Below are positions 13,785 to 26,400 of a DNA stretch of 64,000 nt, one piece after another. This stretch comes from Kondoa subrosea (Eukaryota). The stretch is from positions 2,324,678 to 2,388,677 of the forward strand of contig BCIN01000002.1 in NCBI GenBank assembly GCA_039545335.1, given 5' to 3'. Both the position numbers and the translations under genes were made by a program. The stretch's first letter is position 1, and every line of letters begins with the position of its first letter. A model generated the notes under the pieces. It searched no databases, was not told the DNA's origin, and was given only the letters and a program-made list of their open reading frames with translations.

Positions 13785-14795
13785 CTACAGATCTTTCCTT
13801 GCTTCACTTTCGCGTTCTAGATGAGCATCATCCTTGTGTACACCCATAGTAGCTTCGTTGTGAGCTTTGTGTTTGTCGGCTTTGGCCTGGAAATCAGGTG
13901 CTTGATGAGATTGCATTTCACCGAAATGAGCAGCCGCTTCTTTGATGGATGGACCAGTCTGTGAATTGTGCACTGGAGTAAGCGCAAGTTGAGCGCAGCT
14001 TCAGATCACCGCTCACATCTTTTCCGTGTCGCGCAGCGTCAGCTTCCCAGAGTCTGTTCCAAACAGGTCAAGTCAGACTTTTTTTTCCTTCCTTAAGGAT
14101 TATTGCTCACTTGACAATCTCAATGTTGAGGTGGAAGACTCTGTAGAGCAAGAAAAAGCAGAATAGAGTGCTAGAAGTGAGAACCAGGTTTCGTTCGCTG
14201 TACAACCAGGAAAAGAGATAGAAATCAGCACAAGTCTGATTTCCCGTAGTTCCCTGACGTACGCAAGTACTTTTCTAGCAGAAGTGCTCATTGATCCGGA
14301 AACTGAAGGTTCACCACCATCTAGAGTTTCACCAGGAATACGGGCACCTCCCTTCCAGCTGATCTTGTACACTGTGTTTGACGCGTCGATGCAGAGGACG
14401 GCGACGAAGATACATGCGATTTTTAGGAAATAGATAAGTCGAGCAAACTGTCCAAAGCAAATTGAATCAAGACCGTCATAGGTCATGATAACTCTGCACT
14501 GACGATTTGACTTGTCAGTAGAGATCGCAGGAGTGTCTTTCGCGCTTTAGCGGGCAAAGGGAACTGTGCGAATCTCGGATCAGCAAGCTTCGCTGACCGT
14601 CATCATGCGAGAACACACAATGAGGACGTTCAAGAGGAAGAACTGCAGCCCTAGAAGCGCGCCGACCAGAATAGCTGATAAGGCATACTTTTGTGAGTTT
14701 CGGTCTTCCGCGTGACATTAAACAGCTCACTTGGAATCTGCGCGTCGTATCATTCAGCTACTCTCTATAAACGTAAGGCGAGCACCTACCGACAT
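13785..14795 (-). CDS. BAP29/BAP31 (Yet-like) ER membrane protein
   Basis: Assembled: MSIPTILVGALLGLQFFLLNVLIFPLPAKARK...LIYFLKIACIFVAVLCIDASNTVYKI...KVLAERNLVLTSSTLFCFFLLYRV...ARKDL*. Three TM helices, the family-type xRNxxLT motif and a dibasic C-terminus; includes a 7-nt micro-exon at 14731-14737. Confidence 0.8.
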
Positions 14796-15246
14796 GACTG
14801 TTGCTTGTCTGTTGCTGAAGAAGGGAAGGAGAAAGCCTCGTAGTACGTCAGAATCTGTGATATGTTGAAACTGTCACAGATTCCATGCCTCTCCCGAGCC
14901 AAATTGAGAGACCTTTGTTTGAAGCTGCGAGCCTTTCAAGCAGTCTCGATGCCAATGCGCACTCAGAGAACTACTTGACTCGCGACGCTTTTGATCGCCG
15001 AAGAAATAACACAGACTTGGTTGAGTTTGATATTCGCAAATCACAACATGCATTTCTCTTACTCTTTCCTGTCCCGTCCTTTTCTTTCCTTTTCATCCAA
15101 GTTCTCTTCCATCAGGGAGCCTTTCTTCGTACTTTCTAGATTTATATCCTTTTCGCTTTTTCTTACGAATTACATTCACGCTTACAACGCACACACGCTC
15201 TTTTTACGAACACTTACACTCATTTCAATCAACAATACAATACAAT

Positions 15247-18200
15247 ATGCGCTCCGACTTCCTCGCCCGTATCTGCCTCGTCATCGCTCTTTGCACCCAT
15301 CACTCTTACGCTTTGCCTTTGCTTCGAGGTGACGGAAATGCAGACATTCTTTCCAACGTAAGTGAAATTGACTGGCCAACTCTATATCATGCTAATGAAG
15401 CTCGAGCAGAACCCAAGCAAGGCCAATATCGTGGACGCATCTGCAAGAGTTCAAGTCGCAAACATAGCTGCAGCTTCGGCCAAGGTCAAGGTAAGGCTTG
15501 CAATGTACTTTCCTTTACGCCCGTTCTGACCACATGCATAGATTGGCACCAACAATGCTTCTCCTGCCCATTATGGCAATAACGATGTAGGCTTCATTCT
15601 CTTTCCGTCTGTGTTCCGTGTTTCACTTTTTTGCTTTTAGGACGATTACGATGTTCAACATCAATCTGAGAAGATGTTTCAAGGTGGTCCAAACAAGGTC
15701 AAGCTTGCCAAACCTCAACCCCAACAAGAACAGTCTTCTTCTTCAGGCCCGAAAGTCTTCAAACCAAATCAACCGATCAAAATGAAGATCGGTATCCCTA
15801 AGCAATCTTCTGAAGCCGATGGAGGCTCACCTTCGCAAGATAGCGGTGATGGAGTTCCTTTGGTCGATGTCAACTTGGGTGATAAGAAAGATGATGGCAA
15901 CACAGTCAAGGCTGACCCTTTAGCTAGGGTTGGTGTAAGTTCATCTCTCTCTCTTCTCTTTGCTTCGATACTCATGAAGTTCTGAACAGCTGCCAACCGG
16001 GTCTGACGATCCATCTAGCAACTCACAACCCAAACCTCAGCACAACAACAATCAAAGACCACCAACCGATTATCCTCCTCAACAGTATCATGACCAGCCT
16101 ACTTCTTCATCCGCTAGCAAAGGCAAAGCTTTCAGACCTAATGGAGATCACCTGAAGCTGGCAAAACCAAACAACCAGCAGCAACAAGATCAACCTTCAG
16201 CGGGTAATAGTGGATCAGGAGGTCAAGGTCATTTAGTGGATCTCAACTTGGGCCAACCAAAGGACAGCGGCAACTTGCTTGATTTACCTGGTTTAGCTGC
16301 TATCGGTGTATGTTTCTCGTCTTTCTACTTCCTCTACATGTCCTGATTCTATTGATATCTGCAGCTGCCTACTGGTGACGATGCATCCTTTTCGTCCGAC
16401 CCTCCTTTGAACAATGATCGCAAACTTGCTCCTCCTCCCTCTGGCAAGAATTTCAAACCAAGTGATGACAATATCAAGCTTGCCAAAGGGCCTCAATCGC
16501 AACCTTCTTACTCTAACAATGGTCAAGCTTCACCTAAAGGCGATCATTTGGTTGATTTAAATTTGGGTCAACCGAAAGATGATGGCAATTTGTTAGATTT
16601 ACCTGGATTGGCTGCTGTCGGCGTAAGTCTTCTTTTCTAATCTTTTGCGTAGGTATTATCTGACTTGGACTTTCAATTGCAGTTACCAACTGGAGGCGAT
16701 TCTACTTCTCCTTCTAGTCAAGGTGGATCAGATCCTTCTTCGGGCAATAACCGCAATATCAAATTAGCTAAAGGCAAACCCTCTTCTGCACAACAACAAG
16801 CAGATCAAGATCCAAACAAGCATCTCATTGACCTCAATTTGGGCCAACCGAAAGATAGCGGAAACCTTCTTGATCTGCCTGGTGTGCTCGGTGTAGGAGT
16901 AAGTTTTCCGCTGTCTTTCTCATCTGTGATCAAGCTTAATATAATTTGTGTAGTTACCGACCGGTGATTCTTCAGCTCCTTCTTCTTCAAGATCGAAAGA
17001 TATGGGAGACGGGCCTGTCAAGCTTTCCAACTCTGATCAACCTGCTCCCAAAGGCGATCATCTTGTCGATCTCAACCTTGGTCAACCTAAGGATAGTGGG
17101 AACCTGGTCAATCTTCCCGGTTTGGCTGCTGTTGGTGTAAGCTCGTCTCCTGTTTCTCCAGCTCATCAGCTGACAATCAATCTTAGCTGCCTTCTGGACA
17201 AGGGCCCTCTTCTTCGAAAGATAAAGTCGCCGATCTCGGTAATCATATCAAACTTGATCAACCTTCGAAAACTCAATCAGCTCAGCCAAAGCAATCTGAT
17301 CATCTTATCGATCTGAACCTCGGTCAGCCTAAAGACGATGGTAATGTTTTGGATATACCTGGAGTGGCAGCGATTGGCCTACCTTCGGCTCCTTCCCCTT
17401 CGCCTTCTTCTGCTGCCAAAGACCTGCAAAATCAAGTTCAACACAAGACTCCTTCACATGATCCTCTCGAAGGCGCTATCATTCGTGTTGGCAAAGTCGC
17501 TTGCATTGAAATTGATGGCAAACAAAGATGCAAAGATGGTCACTTAGCCTCTTCTCCTAAAGATGATAACGCTCAAGAAGAAATCAACGATCTCCATCTG
17601 CATCGCGGTGATACGAAGAAGCAACCTCAACCTTCTTCTTCTGCCAACAACAACAACAACAAGTCGCAACTATCCAAAGAACACAAGGAAGACTGTCCCA
17701 GAGGTTTCTATCTCGATTCAATGACTGGGAACTGCGAGAAGGATTATACCGGTCATTATGGCAACCTCAACAGTCTTCGTCATGGTGTCAAATGCAACGA
17801 CAAAGGAGCTTGCCCAGTAGAATACATCAAACATCCTTTCCTTGATCTCTGCTTCGAATCCACTTTTGATATGTTGCACGAATTGGGTATTTCTGGTCCT
17901 CACATTCAGCAAGACGATCAAGGATCTTGCTCTCATCAACCTGGTTACATGCCTCATCCTTACCTCACTCAAGTCTGTATTGATATAAGAATTGTTTTCG
18001 ATCTCGATTTGGGTACTGGTTCTTGCCGACCTGATTTCAAGGGCACTTGCGCACCTGGTTGGAGAAAACATAAGACGGTCATGAATTTGTGCTTGGATGA
18101 AAGTTATGATATCGATTTGGGTAACCAAAGATGGGGAAAGAAGTGCGGTGATGATAAAGTGTGCAAAGCTGGTTGGAGAGTCAGTTTCCTCCCTATATTT

Positions 18201-18659
18201 CTTGTGAAGACAAAATGCTGATTTTGATTTTCCTATGCACAGCAACATCCTGATGTCAAAGATTTGTGCATTGATTCATCTCAAGATCTTTCCCTCTTCA
18301 ATGAAGATCGTTGCCCTTCTCAACAAACTGGTCAATGCATTCAAGGATACAAGTTACACCCAATAGTCAACGATCTATGTATCTTGGAAAAAATGTTAAT
18401 CGAACTCAAGTATGAACAAATTGCAAAGAATCAAAGCAAGCAAGAGCAACAAATTCAAAATGCCGTTAATCGAATTCATCAAGCTGCTCAAGCCAATAAA
18501 GGACAACCTGCTCCAAAATACTCTTATCCTCCTGCTTCTCCTCAGACTTATCAACAAACCTCCGCTCAACCTAAAGTCGCTTCTGACAAGAAGAATCAAC
18601 AACATCAACAAGAAGCTGGTTCTGATGGTGGATTGTTGAATGTCAGAATCGGTCTGTGA
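15247..18659 (+). CDS. Secreted repeat protein (~971 aa): signal peptide, 6 x 26-aa amphipathic repeats, ~6 Cys/His modules
   Basis: Exons 15247-15357, 15410-15490, 15542-15586, 15641-15934, 15990-16307, 16365-16622, 16683-16898, 16954-17136, 17187-18179 and 18243-18659 join into one 2916-nt frame; hydrophobic N-terminus ending SYA-LP. Confidence 0.88.
15857..17378 (+). repeat. Six dispersed coding repeats, consensus HLVDLNLGQPKD(S/D)GNLLDLPGLAAVG|LP(T/S)G
   Basis: Cores at ~15857-15934, 16230-16307, 16545-16622, 16821-16898, 17059-17136 and 17301-17378; an intron follows each of the first five at the same codon boundary. Confidence 0.95.
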
Positions 18660-18927
18660 TCTACAGTAGAGGCTACTTCTTCACTGTAAATAGTGTTCAC
18701 TCACGTTCTTTGAGTTCTTGTGCATTATTGATTCTCAGTCATTTCTAACATTCTTGCTTTGTTACATACCTCTGCCTTCACTCGTTATATCACTCGCAGA
18801 GGTAGCATCAAATAGTGACAGATGTTCGTTTGGTCTGCATTAACATCCTTGCAAGCATTCGAATTGTTACATTTATTCTTACATTCTATACAACCTATCA
18901 GATGCAGCTACAAGTATACAGTAGCTC

Positions 18928-19838
18928 TCAAGAAGAATAGGAAGACTGTCGAAGTTTTGTTATATCTTCCTGCACTTGTATTGGTTCTTGTATTTGTTTA
19001 GCAAGGGAAGGAAGTGTCTATGGAAGAAGTCTTGTCAGCTGCTGTCTACAGAAGGAAATGAAGGAAAGCTGAGCTCACTGTAGCTAAGCGTTCTACTGTT
19101 GTAAGCGCTTCAGCCCATTGAGCAGCTACAGCATCTTTATCCGGTATCGAGCCTTTGTATTCAATCAGCGTCGTTCACAATCAAAGGACAACGATGAAAC
19201 TCACAATTGCACACTTGACCAGGATCAAACCTCATTCCTTCTCTTTCCTCTTTCATACGGTTCAATTCTTTGTCTCTAGCAGTCTTGAAATGCATTGAAG
19301 CAGTTTCGATTTGTCCTACTGCTTTTTTTGGACCTTCTTTCCTTTTTGTACAGTTATCGCATACTACGTCGTGGACTTTGATTTGATAAGTCAAGACTGT
19401 TCGATTTAATTGTTCGTTGAAAGGTTCAATTTCTTGTCACACACATCCAAAGTCAGCGGTCGAAGAGCGAGGGAAGGCACACAAGCTTACCGGTTGATTT
19501 ATGGGATAAATAATCAGAATAGGATCGACCATTTAAAGTGATATTGAGTTGAACAACTCTTTGTAGATCATTGTAGAATTCCTTTCATCGTCATTAGCTT
19601 GCGTTTTATTACTTACGTCTGGAGAAACGTGGGAACTGACTTGCATTACTATTTTCCTTACATTCTCACGAAAAGCAGGATTGTCCTCATCGGAACCAGG
19701 TACGATCCCATCCAACACTGAAGCGATTTGTGATTCCAGGTTTGCAGATAATCGAGAGTAAACGGTTTGCAGTTCTGATAAATGTTCGAAAGCTATTGGA
19801 TCCATCGATGAAGCAGGTGAACTTGATCGTGTAGACAT
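18928..19838 (-). CDS. NSL1: Kinetochore protein Nsl1/Mis14-like
   Basis: Helical protein with NITLNG...EIEPFNEQL...KRKEGP pattern resembling fungal Mis14/Nsl1; multi-exon, stop TGA at 18928. Confidence 0.65.
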
Positions 19839-20331
19839 TTTGGCAGTAAGTAAAGAGACTTGGAGTGAGGCTTATTGGAGGTGCTTTAAATCGTGCCTGA
19901 CACTTGAGAGGACTATGTGGAGTGGTTATGGCTTGCTTTGAGAGGTATAGCGCGCGAGATGGTCGCTTGGGAAAGTGATTGTTTACAATTTGCGAATCGA
20001 GAGGATTGCTCATAGAAAGACTTACGAGGTACCGTCCACCTAAGCGAGTCCAGCATGAGCTGTCATAGTCAGATAAGCGCAAATAAACAACGAATGGCCG
20101 CCTGTGTACCCCAGCATCCTGAATCCGTCTGTCTAAGTCTTGCTCTTGACGACGAACATACCATGATCGGATAAGTGAGCGATATCGTACACAAGATAAG
20201 CAGAACACCAGCGCATTCAGTCGCGGTGAAGAGCGCCCTTGGTCGAAACTATACTCTCAGTCGTCACAAGATCTGCCGCCCCTTTGTCTGACTGTTTCTT
20301 GTCTCCCTCGATTGGTATTAACAAAGCAAAG

Positions 20332-21989
20332 ATGGCTATTCTCTCATCAATCATCCCAATGTTACCTATAGCACAACGAAAACCAGGTGAATGGAGTTTC
20401 AGACCTTTGATCTTCAACACCTATTTCTTCAGTATCGCCATTTGTTTGCACGCTATCCAATTAATAGCTCTCCCATTCGCTATACTACCTTTTACAAGAA
20501 CAAGAATATTCGTACCCGTTTGTAGAATCATTAAAGAGCAAGCTGGTGTACTTTTAGTCAGCTTAAATCAAATCTTTGCTCCAACTACAATGGAAATCAC
20601 TTTTGAAGAAGATGGATTACAAGAACAGGAGTCTACGAAAGCGAAACAAGGGGATTTAAGTGGTTTGATTCCTCCGAAGCACAGTGAGTTCACTAGGAAA
20701 GATGTCAAGAGGTTGAGCAGTAAGAGCTCATCATGCGGTCTCTTTGTTATGATTGCAAATCATCAGGTTGGTCTCTTATTAAGTATCGCAATCGAAAGCT
20801 TACGAGAGAGGATAGATTTACAGCGACTGGCTGTATGTGATTTTGCCCAATTTGCAGACTGAAGTTTGCTGATCAGATAGAGTTGCATACAGATACATCT
20901 GGAATCTGCTCTATTCTGCAAACCTTCACGGGGCAATAGTGATTCTTCTCAAGAAATCGCTACGCTGGGTTCCGATTATTGGTCCCGGTTTGCAGCTATC
21001 AGATTTCATCGTGCGTACATCTGAGAGCTCAACTAAGTGTGGTAGCTTAACCTCTTCGTTGTGATGCACAGTTCATGGCGCAATCTTGGTCGACTGATAA
21101 AGATCTGCTGGATGGAGAAATGAAACGCTATGATCCAGATCTACCTGTTTCTTTGCTGATCTGTACGTTATGAGTACTCCGCATTCAGTTTTGTGCTGAT
21201 CAGGTGGTTCTTGTATGTACAGTCCCAGAGGGAACTTTGATATCAAGGAATACGCAACCGATCAGTACAGCCTACGCAAAGAAGATGAACAAGGTATGAC
21301 TTGCTTTCGCCGACATCACGCGATGTAGGGTAAATGTCCTGTTGTACAGAAAGAATTCCGTAACCTACTCTTACCTCGTTCTACCGGACTACTCTTCTGC
21401 TTACGCGCATTGCGAACCAAATTCCCCGATTTACAGCTTGTGGACTTGACAATAGCTTATGGAGGCGTTCCTGCTGATTCATACGGTCAAGATTTCTATA
21501 CTGTCTGCCCTCTCCTCTGTTTCCTTGCCGGTTTTTAGGCTGATGTGCAAAATGTATATAGCTTCAATCCACTTTTGCGAGAAGACAACCACCACCTACT
21601 GTTTACATCCACGTTCGAACATTACCACTCTCTTCAATCCCACTAGGAGCACCTAATGTAGCTACTGATGTTGAAGCGAATAAAGAAGAAAAGGCTGTTT
21701 TTGAACAATGGTTAGAGACTCGTTGGACTGAAAAAGATGTTTTACTAGATCATTTCGTTCGTGCTCTTCCCCATTACCTCTATTTTAGGTACGTGTTGAA
21801 GTGGATGAACAGTACAAGAATGGAAGTTTCGTCAATGGTTCCAATGTCTCTTCTTCTTCATCATCTTCACCAATCCGGATCCGAATTGATGTCCGAAGAA
21901 AAGATGCAATCGTCTATACGTTATTAGTCTGCTTAGGCGCGTATATCACGTTCAAGAGTTTCAATTGGGTTGTTGCTTCAATTTGGTGA
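20332..21989 (+). CDS. Lysophospholipid acyltransferase (PlsC/LCLAT1/Cst26-like)
   Basis: NHQ|IYSDW (HX4D), LKKSLRWVPIIG, FPEGT, LLPRSTGL, WLETRWTEKD, C-terminal TM. Confidence 0.9.
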
Positions 21990-22149
21990 TGTATGGACAT
22001 TTTTCACATCAGCTTTTGAAAAGGGCTGTTTTGTCATTGTATCTTGATTTAAGTTATTATATTTGCATATCGTGCATAATTTGCATCATTGTCGCCTCAT
22101 CTTCTGCTAGTGCGGAATCGTGTGTATCTTAGCTCGTCTTCAATCCGCC

Positions 22150-23093
22150 ATGTCGTACGAGCATATAGAAGAGAGTGAGCGCATCTGTAGCTCGCGTGTG
22201 GTAAAGCGATGCTGATTGTCCTGCTAGGCGACATCCACAAAGCTCGAATTTACAACGATGACAAGCATATTCGCAAACTGGTCAAAAGGTTTCATACTCT
22301 GGCCGAAAGCAAACCAGCAGATGATACAGATATAACAGCTGCAGATCTGTGCGTCTCCATCTCACACTCGCTGTCTATAGTTCCTTGGTGTTGACTTGAA
22401 GGTGACAACAGTGACAGACTTCATTCTGCTTTCATAGCGGATCTCTCTACTTTCTATCTCTCCCTAACCCCAAAATCAGATGCCGTAATAAACAATTCAA
22501 CAAAAGATGCCTCAGCTCATTCTCAAGCTTTATTAAACATTTCATCAAACCAATCTCAAACTCGTCAACGTATTCAACAACTTAATCAAACTTTGTTGGA
22601 AGCTCAACAACTTCGAGCAAACAAATTATCTTATGATTTATTAGCAAAAGAAATCAATCTTTTACCAAACAGAAACAATCAAGTCTTGACTATTGAAAGA
22701 TTACAAAAGGAGATTTCAGATTTAGGTCAAGAAGCTCTAGCTTTCAATGGGATTTGGTCTAGAAGGAAAGAAGGTTTTGATGAGATTGTTAAAGTATTAG
22801 AAGGTATTGGAAGGGATGTTGCAGAGGAGAAATCATCCAAAGAGAGAAGAGCAGCTATGGACGAAGATGCTGAGAATGATGGTGCTAGCGCTGTGACTCA
22901 AGTGCATAGTAAAGAAACGAGCCCTGCCTTAGAAGGGGATGAAGAGCAGGACGACGGAGGGGAAAGCAAGCAGGAAGAGAAAAAAGATCAATTAAACCCT
23001 GCAGCGAAACCTTTTGATCCGAAGAGCAAGGACGCTTCAGCTATGGATGTTGATGAGGATGTTGAAGATGGGGAAGTAGCAGACTCGCAATAA
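22150..23093 (+). CDS. THOC7: THO complex subunit 7 (THOC7/Mft1-like)
   Basis: IHKARIYNDDKHIRKLVKRF at the N-terminus, coiled coil with RANKLSYDLLAKEINLLPNR, acidic tail. Confidence 0.8.
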
Positions 23094-23456
23094 GCTGTGG
23101 ATATTAGGTTGTATTTGTACGAATTCCATGCATCAGATTATTCCCACTCTGTTTAGCTCGTGATCCACTCAAGTGCTCTTTAAGTCGGCACTGTGCGAGC
23201 TATAGCCCATTCATTCGAGACGGGAATTGACGGGAAAAAGAATGAGAGCAAGATTTCGTAAACTTGGCTCGTAGAAGCTTGTCCGGCTTTGCGGACGCAT
23301 GAAAATTGAAGCAGAGGATACCAGAGAATAGTTGGCAATCTGATATGTCCTGACTCAGGACTGAGCGAAAAAGAGGAAAAGAAAAGCCGAAAACAAGCGA
23401 AATAGACGAGTATAATAAGCCAATATGACACAGCATACATTACACATAAGAAGAAA

Positions 23457-26400
23457 TTACTTCTTCGATTTCTTAGGTCGTTCCTTAAAACGACATTAGC
23501 AATCATAGAAGAGACAATATCTCCGCGACTCACCTCCTCTTCCTCTTCCTCACCGTACTCTTCGGAATCAGATCCAGCTTCCTCCTCAGACGGCGCGTTA
23601 TCGTCACTTGCACTTGCATCTTCAGAGTAATCTTCCGACGAGCTCGAAGATGCCTTCTGACCATCCTCAACTTCGAAAGCAGATCCAGCAGATGATTCAT
23701 CGCTGTCTGTTCCATTGCCATCATCTTTATCGCCTAAGAAGCCCCATCCGCCTTCGTTGAAGAATTCATAAGGATCATCATTGCTAAGAGCGAGTTTCAA
23801 TACTAATAATATGGCAGGAAGGAAAAGCTTACACAGTCTTCATGATCGCAGGCCAGTTTAGATTGACCGGACCTTCAGTTGTCGGTATATCAGTTGAGTC
23901 AAGCCAATCTCGTACACTGTCCAGTTCTTGCATAGGAATGGTATTGATATGTACAGGTGGACGCATAAAGTCATTGAAGACCAGAACCAGATCGAAGTTC
24001 TTCAAGCCGAACTGTACTCGTTCAAGATGTGCGATTTCGATTTCGTTCAAGGTGACAACAAGGAAAGGTGGATCAGACAGATGAACCAAGCAGTCGGTCG
24101 AAGGTTGTAGTAGAACATTTGTTCTGAAAGGTACACCTCCAAAGCCCAGTTCTCTGAAAGGAATATCGACATCGAAACGGCCGTTTGACTATAGAAGCTA
24201 TCAGCATGTGCGAGAGCTTTGTGCATAGATCACTTACCGCCTCCGCAATCTTGTCAGCGAATGCTTTGAATTCCTTGTTTAGCCTGGCACGCTGCCTTCG
24301 CTCTTCTTGTTCTTGTTGCATTTCATCTTCTTCATGCTGACGCCTTCGCTTTCGGTTGCCTGTCTCGTCGAACGACTGATCTGAAGCTTCTCGATAGAAC
24401 TGAATATCCTTGACCTTCTTCTTGCCCAGCATGATCGGTGCTTTGAGGTGGACATGTACTACAACGACCAACTCATTATCGCAAGGTTGAAAGAAAAGAT
24501 GCTTGATATTCGAGAAAGTGATATCTAGAAATCGATAAGCAAAGTTGAGAGTCCTGAAAGAGGCATACTTACCGCATTTATGGTCCGATCTCGCTTTTGA
24601 TGCCCACCGAATACCATTCTTGTGGATTTCAACATCTCCAGTAGATCGCTTTCCTTCGAAAGCAGGTCGAAGCCAAGTATCGTGCAATCGCGCTCGTCGA
24701 CCTTCTTCAAGCTGTTCTTGTTCAACAACATCGGCCATCTCTTTCTTTAGGTTCTCTCGCTTGGTAGACTCCTTCTTCAGATCAGTTATAGCCTTGTGTA
24801 CTTCGCTGAACCGATAATTATCGGTGCTTCGATACGTCAATGCCCTGATGAAATTTGCGCCAAGATCCTCGAATGGCTGAAAACAAGTCAGTCAACGTCT
24901 CACGTACCTACAATAGGACTTACTGTATCTTCCTTCTTGCCTGTGATCTGACCTGGAGTAACAAACATGACTCTAATCACAGTATATTCGCCTTCTTCCT
25001 GCTTGATTGCATTCTTGATGGTCTTGATGTGGAATGGTACAGCGAAGCCATTGATAGGTAAAATGACAGTCGATTTGCGATGGTCCACAACGATCTGCCA
25101 ATTTAGACAACAATCTTATCTCACTTTGAGATATAATAGCGATTAACTGACCTGCAAATCTTTAACAGAGGTGGGCAACTGGTTCTCTCTTTGATAACTC
25201 TCGAATCTCTTCCACTGCTTTTCTTTAACAGCGCCCGTTCCACTTCCGTCGGCATACTTCTCCAAGCCTTCAGTCTGCCTTCGAGCAGCCAGTTCCCGCT
25301 GATGCTCTTTCCTTCGCTCCGAGGTTTCGTTGGCGTTGTTGTCCTTGTTTCTAAGCTTGGATCGAACGACAGTAGTAGTAGTCTTGGCTGCTGATGCATC
25401 ACCGCGAGTAGATCGTGTTTTGCCATTGGCATTAGCTGCTTTAGCTTTCTTTTCCGGTTGTTCCTCCTGTGCGATGTTTTCTGAGATCAGCTGAAGGGCA
25501 GCTCACGCAGATCAAACGCACAGCGAAAGAGAACATGACTTCATCAGCATTCTTCAGGCCATCAGAGAGTAGTTCAGTCTCATTCTTGCCAATCAAAACA
25601 GTATCGGTGAGCACGAGTGCATAGCTGTGAGCAAGAAGCTATGTCGAGCTAGCAATAAACACATCATAGATTCTGACTCACGTCTTCTTGGGATCTTTGG
25701 GATCTGGAATGTCAGAGAAACCCAAACTCAAACTTAAGACCATGTTCTCCTTGAGCGTCTTTGTGCACTTTGGACCAATAGTGTAGGAAGATTCCCTGAA
25801 CTCAATACCAATCTGTACGCCGACAGAGAAGAGTTTAGCACAAAGATTTGGCTAAACTCATCTAGAACGTACAATGAATCCCATTGATTTGAGGAAATGT
25901 TCAAGGAGATCAGGTTTCTCAGCTTCAATCTTCGCTTTGGTAGCAGCGTAGACATCTTTAGCAACAACGCCGTCTTTAAGTTCACCTAGCACGAATTGCT
26001 GTAGCTTGACCAAGAAGTTGAAATTGTCTTTTTGTGACTAGTCATCCATTTAGCAACGGTACGGAAGTCACGAAGCACAACAAACTTTATGTGGGTCAAT
26101 AATGAAGGTTCGACCAGTGTTTGAGCAGTACGATTTGTAGCGAACACCGATCGAGCAAAGAATGACACCAGGTTTCAGCTTGTTCTCGTCCGATTGGGCT
26201 GACGACCTCAGATCGTATGCTCCGCCAGATTGAATGATTGGTGTATAACACCATTCGGTGAAAGCTCGATCAAGTTTGTTCTGTTCGCACTCAAAGCCTT
26301 AAGCGAAAATCTACCAATATAGAATTTGGGCAACGAACGCCTTTTCCTGCTTCGAAACCTTTCCAGATCTTTGGACTCTCCAATTGCTGCTCCACTCGAT

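Noticed and set aside
15857..17378. Repeat-spacer arrangement as a CRISPR array or Kex2-processed RiPP precursor
   Set aside because: Repeats are conserved as protein, not DNA, and lie in spliced exons. There are no flanking KR sites and no recognisable tailoring enzymes (e.g. DUF3328) nearby.
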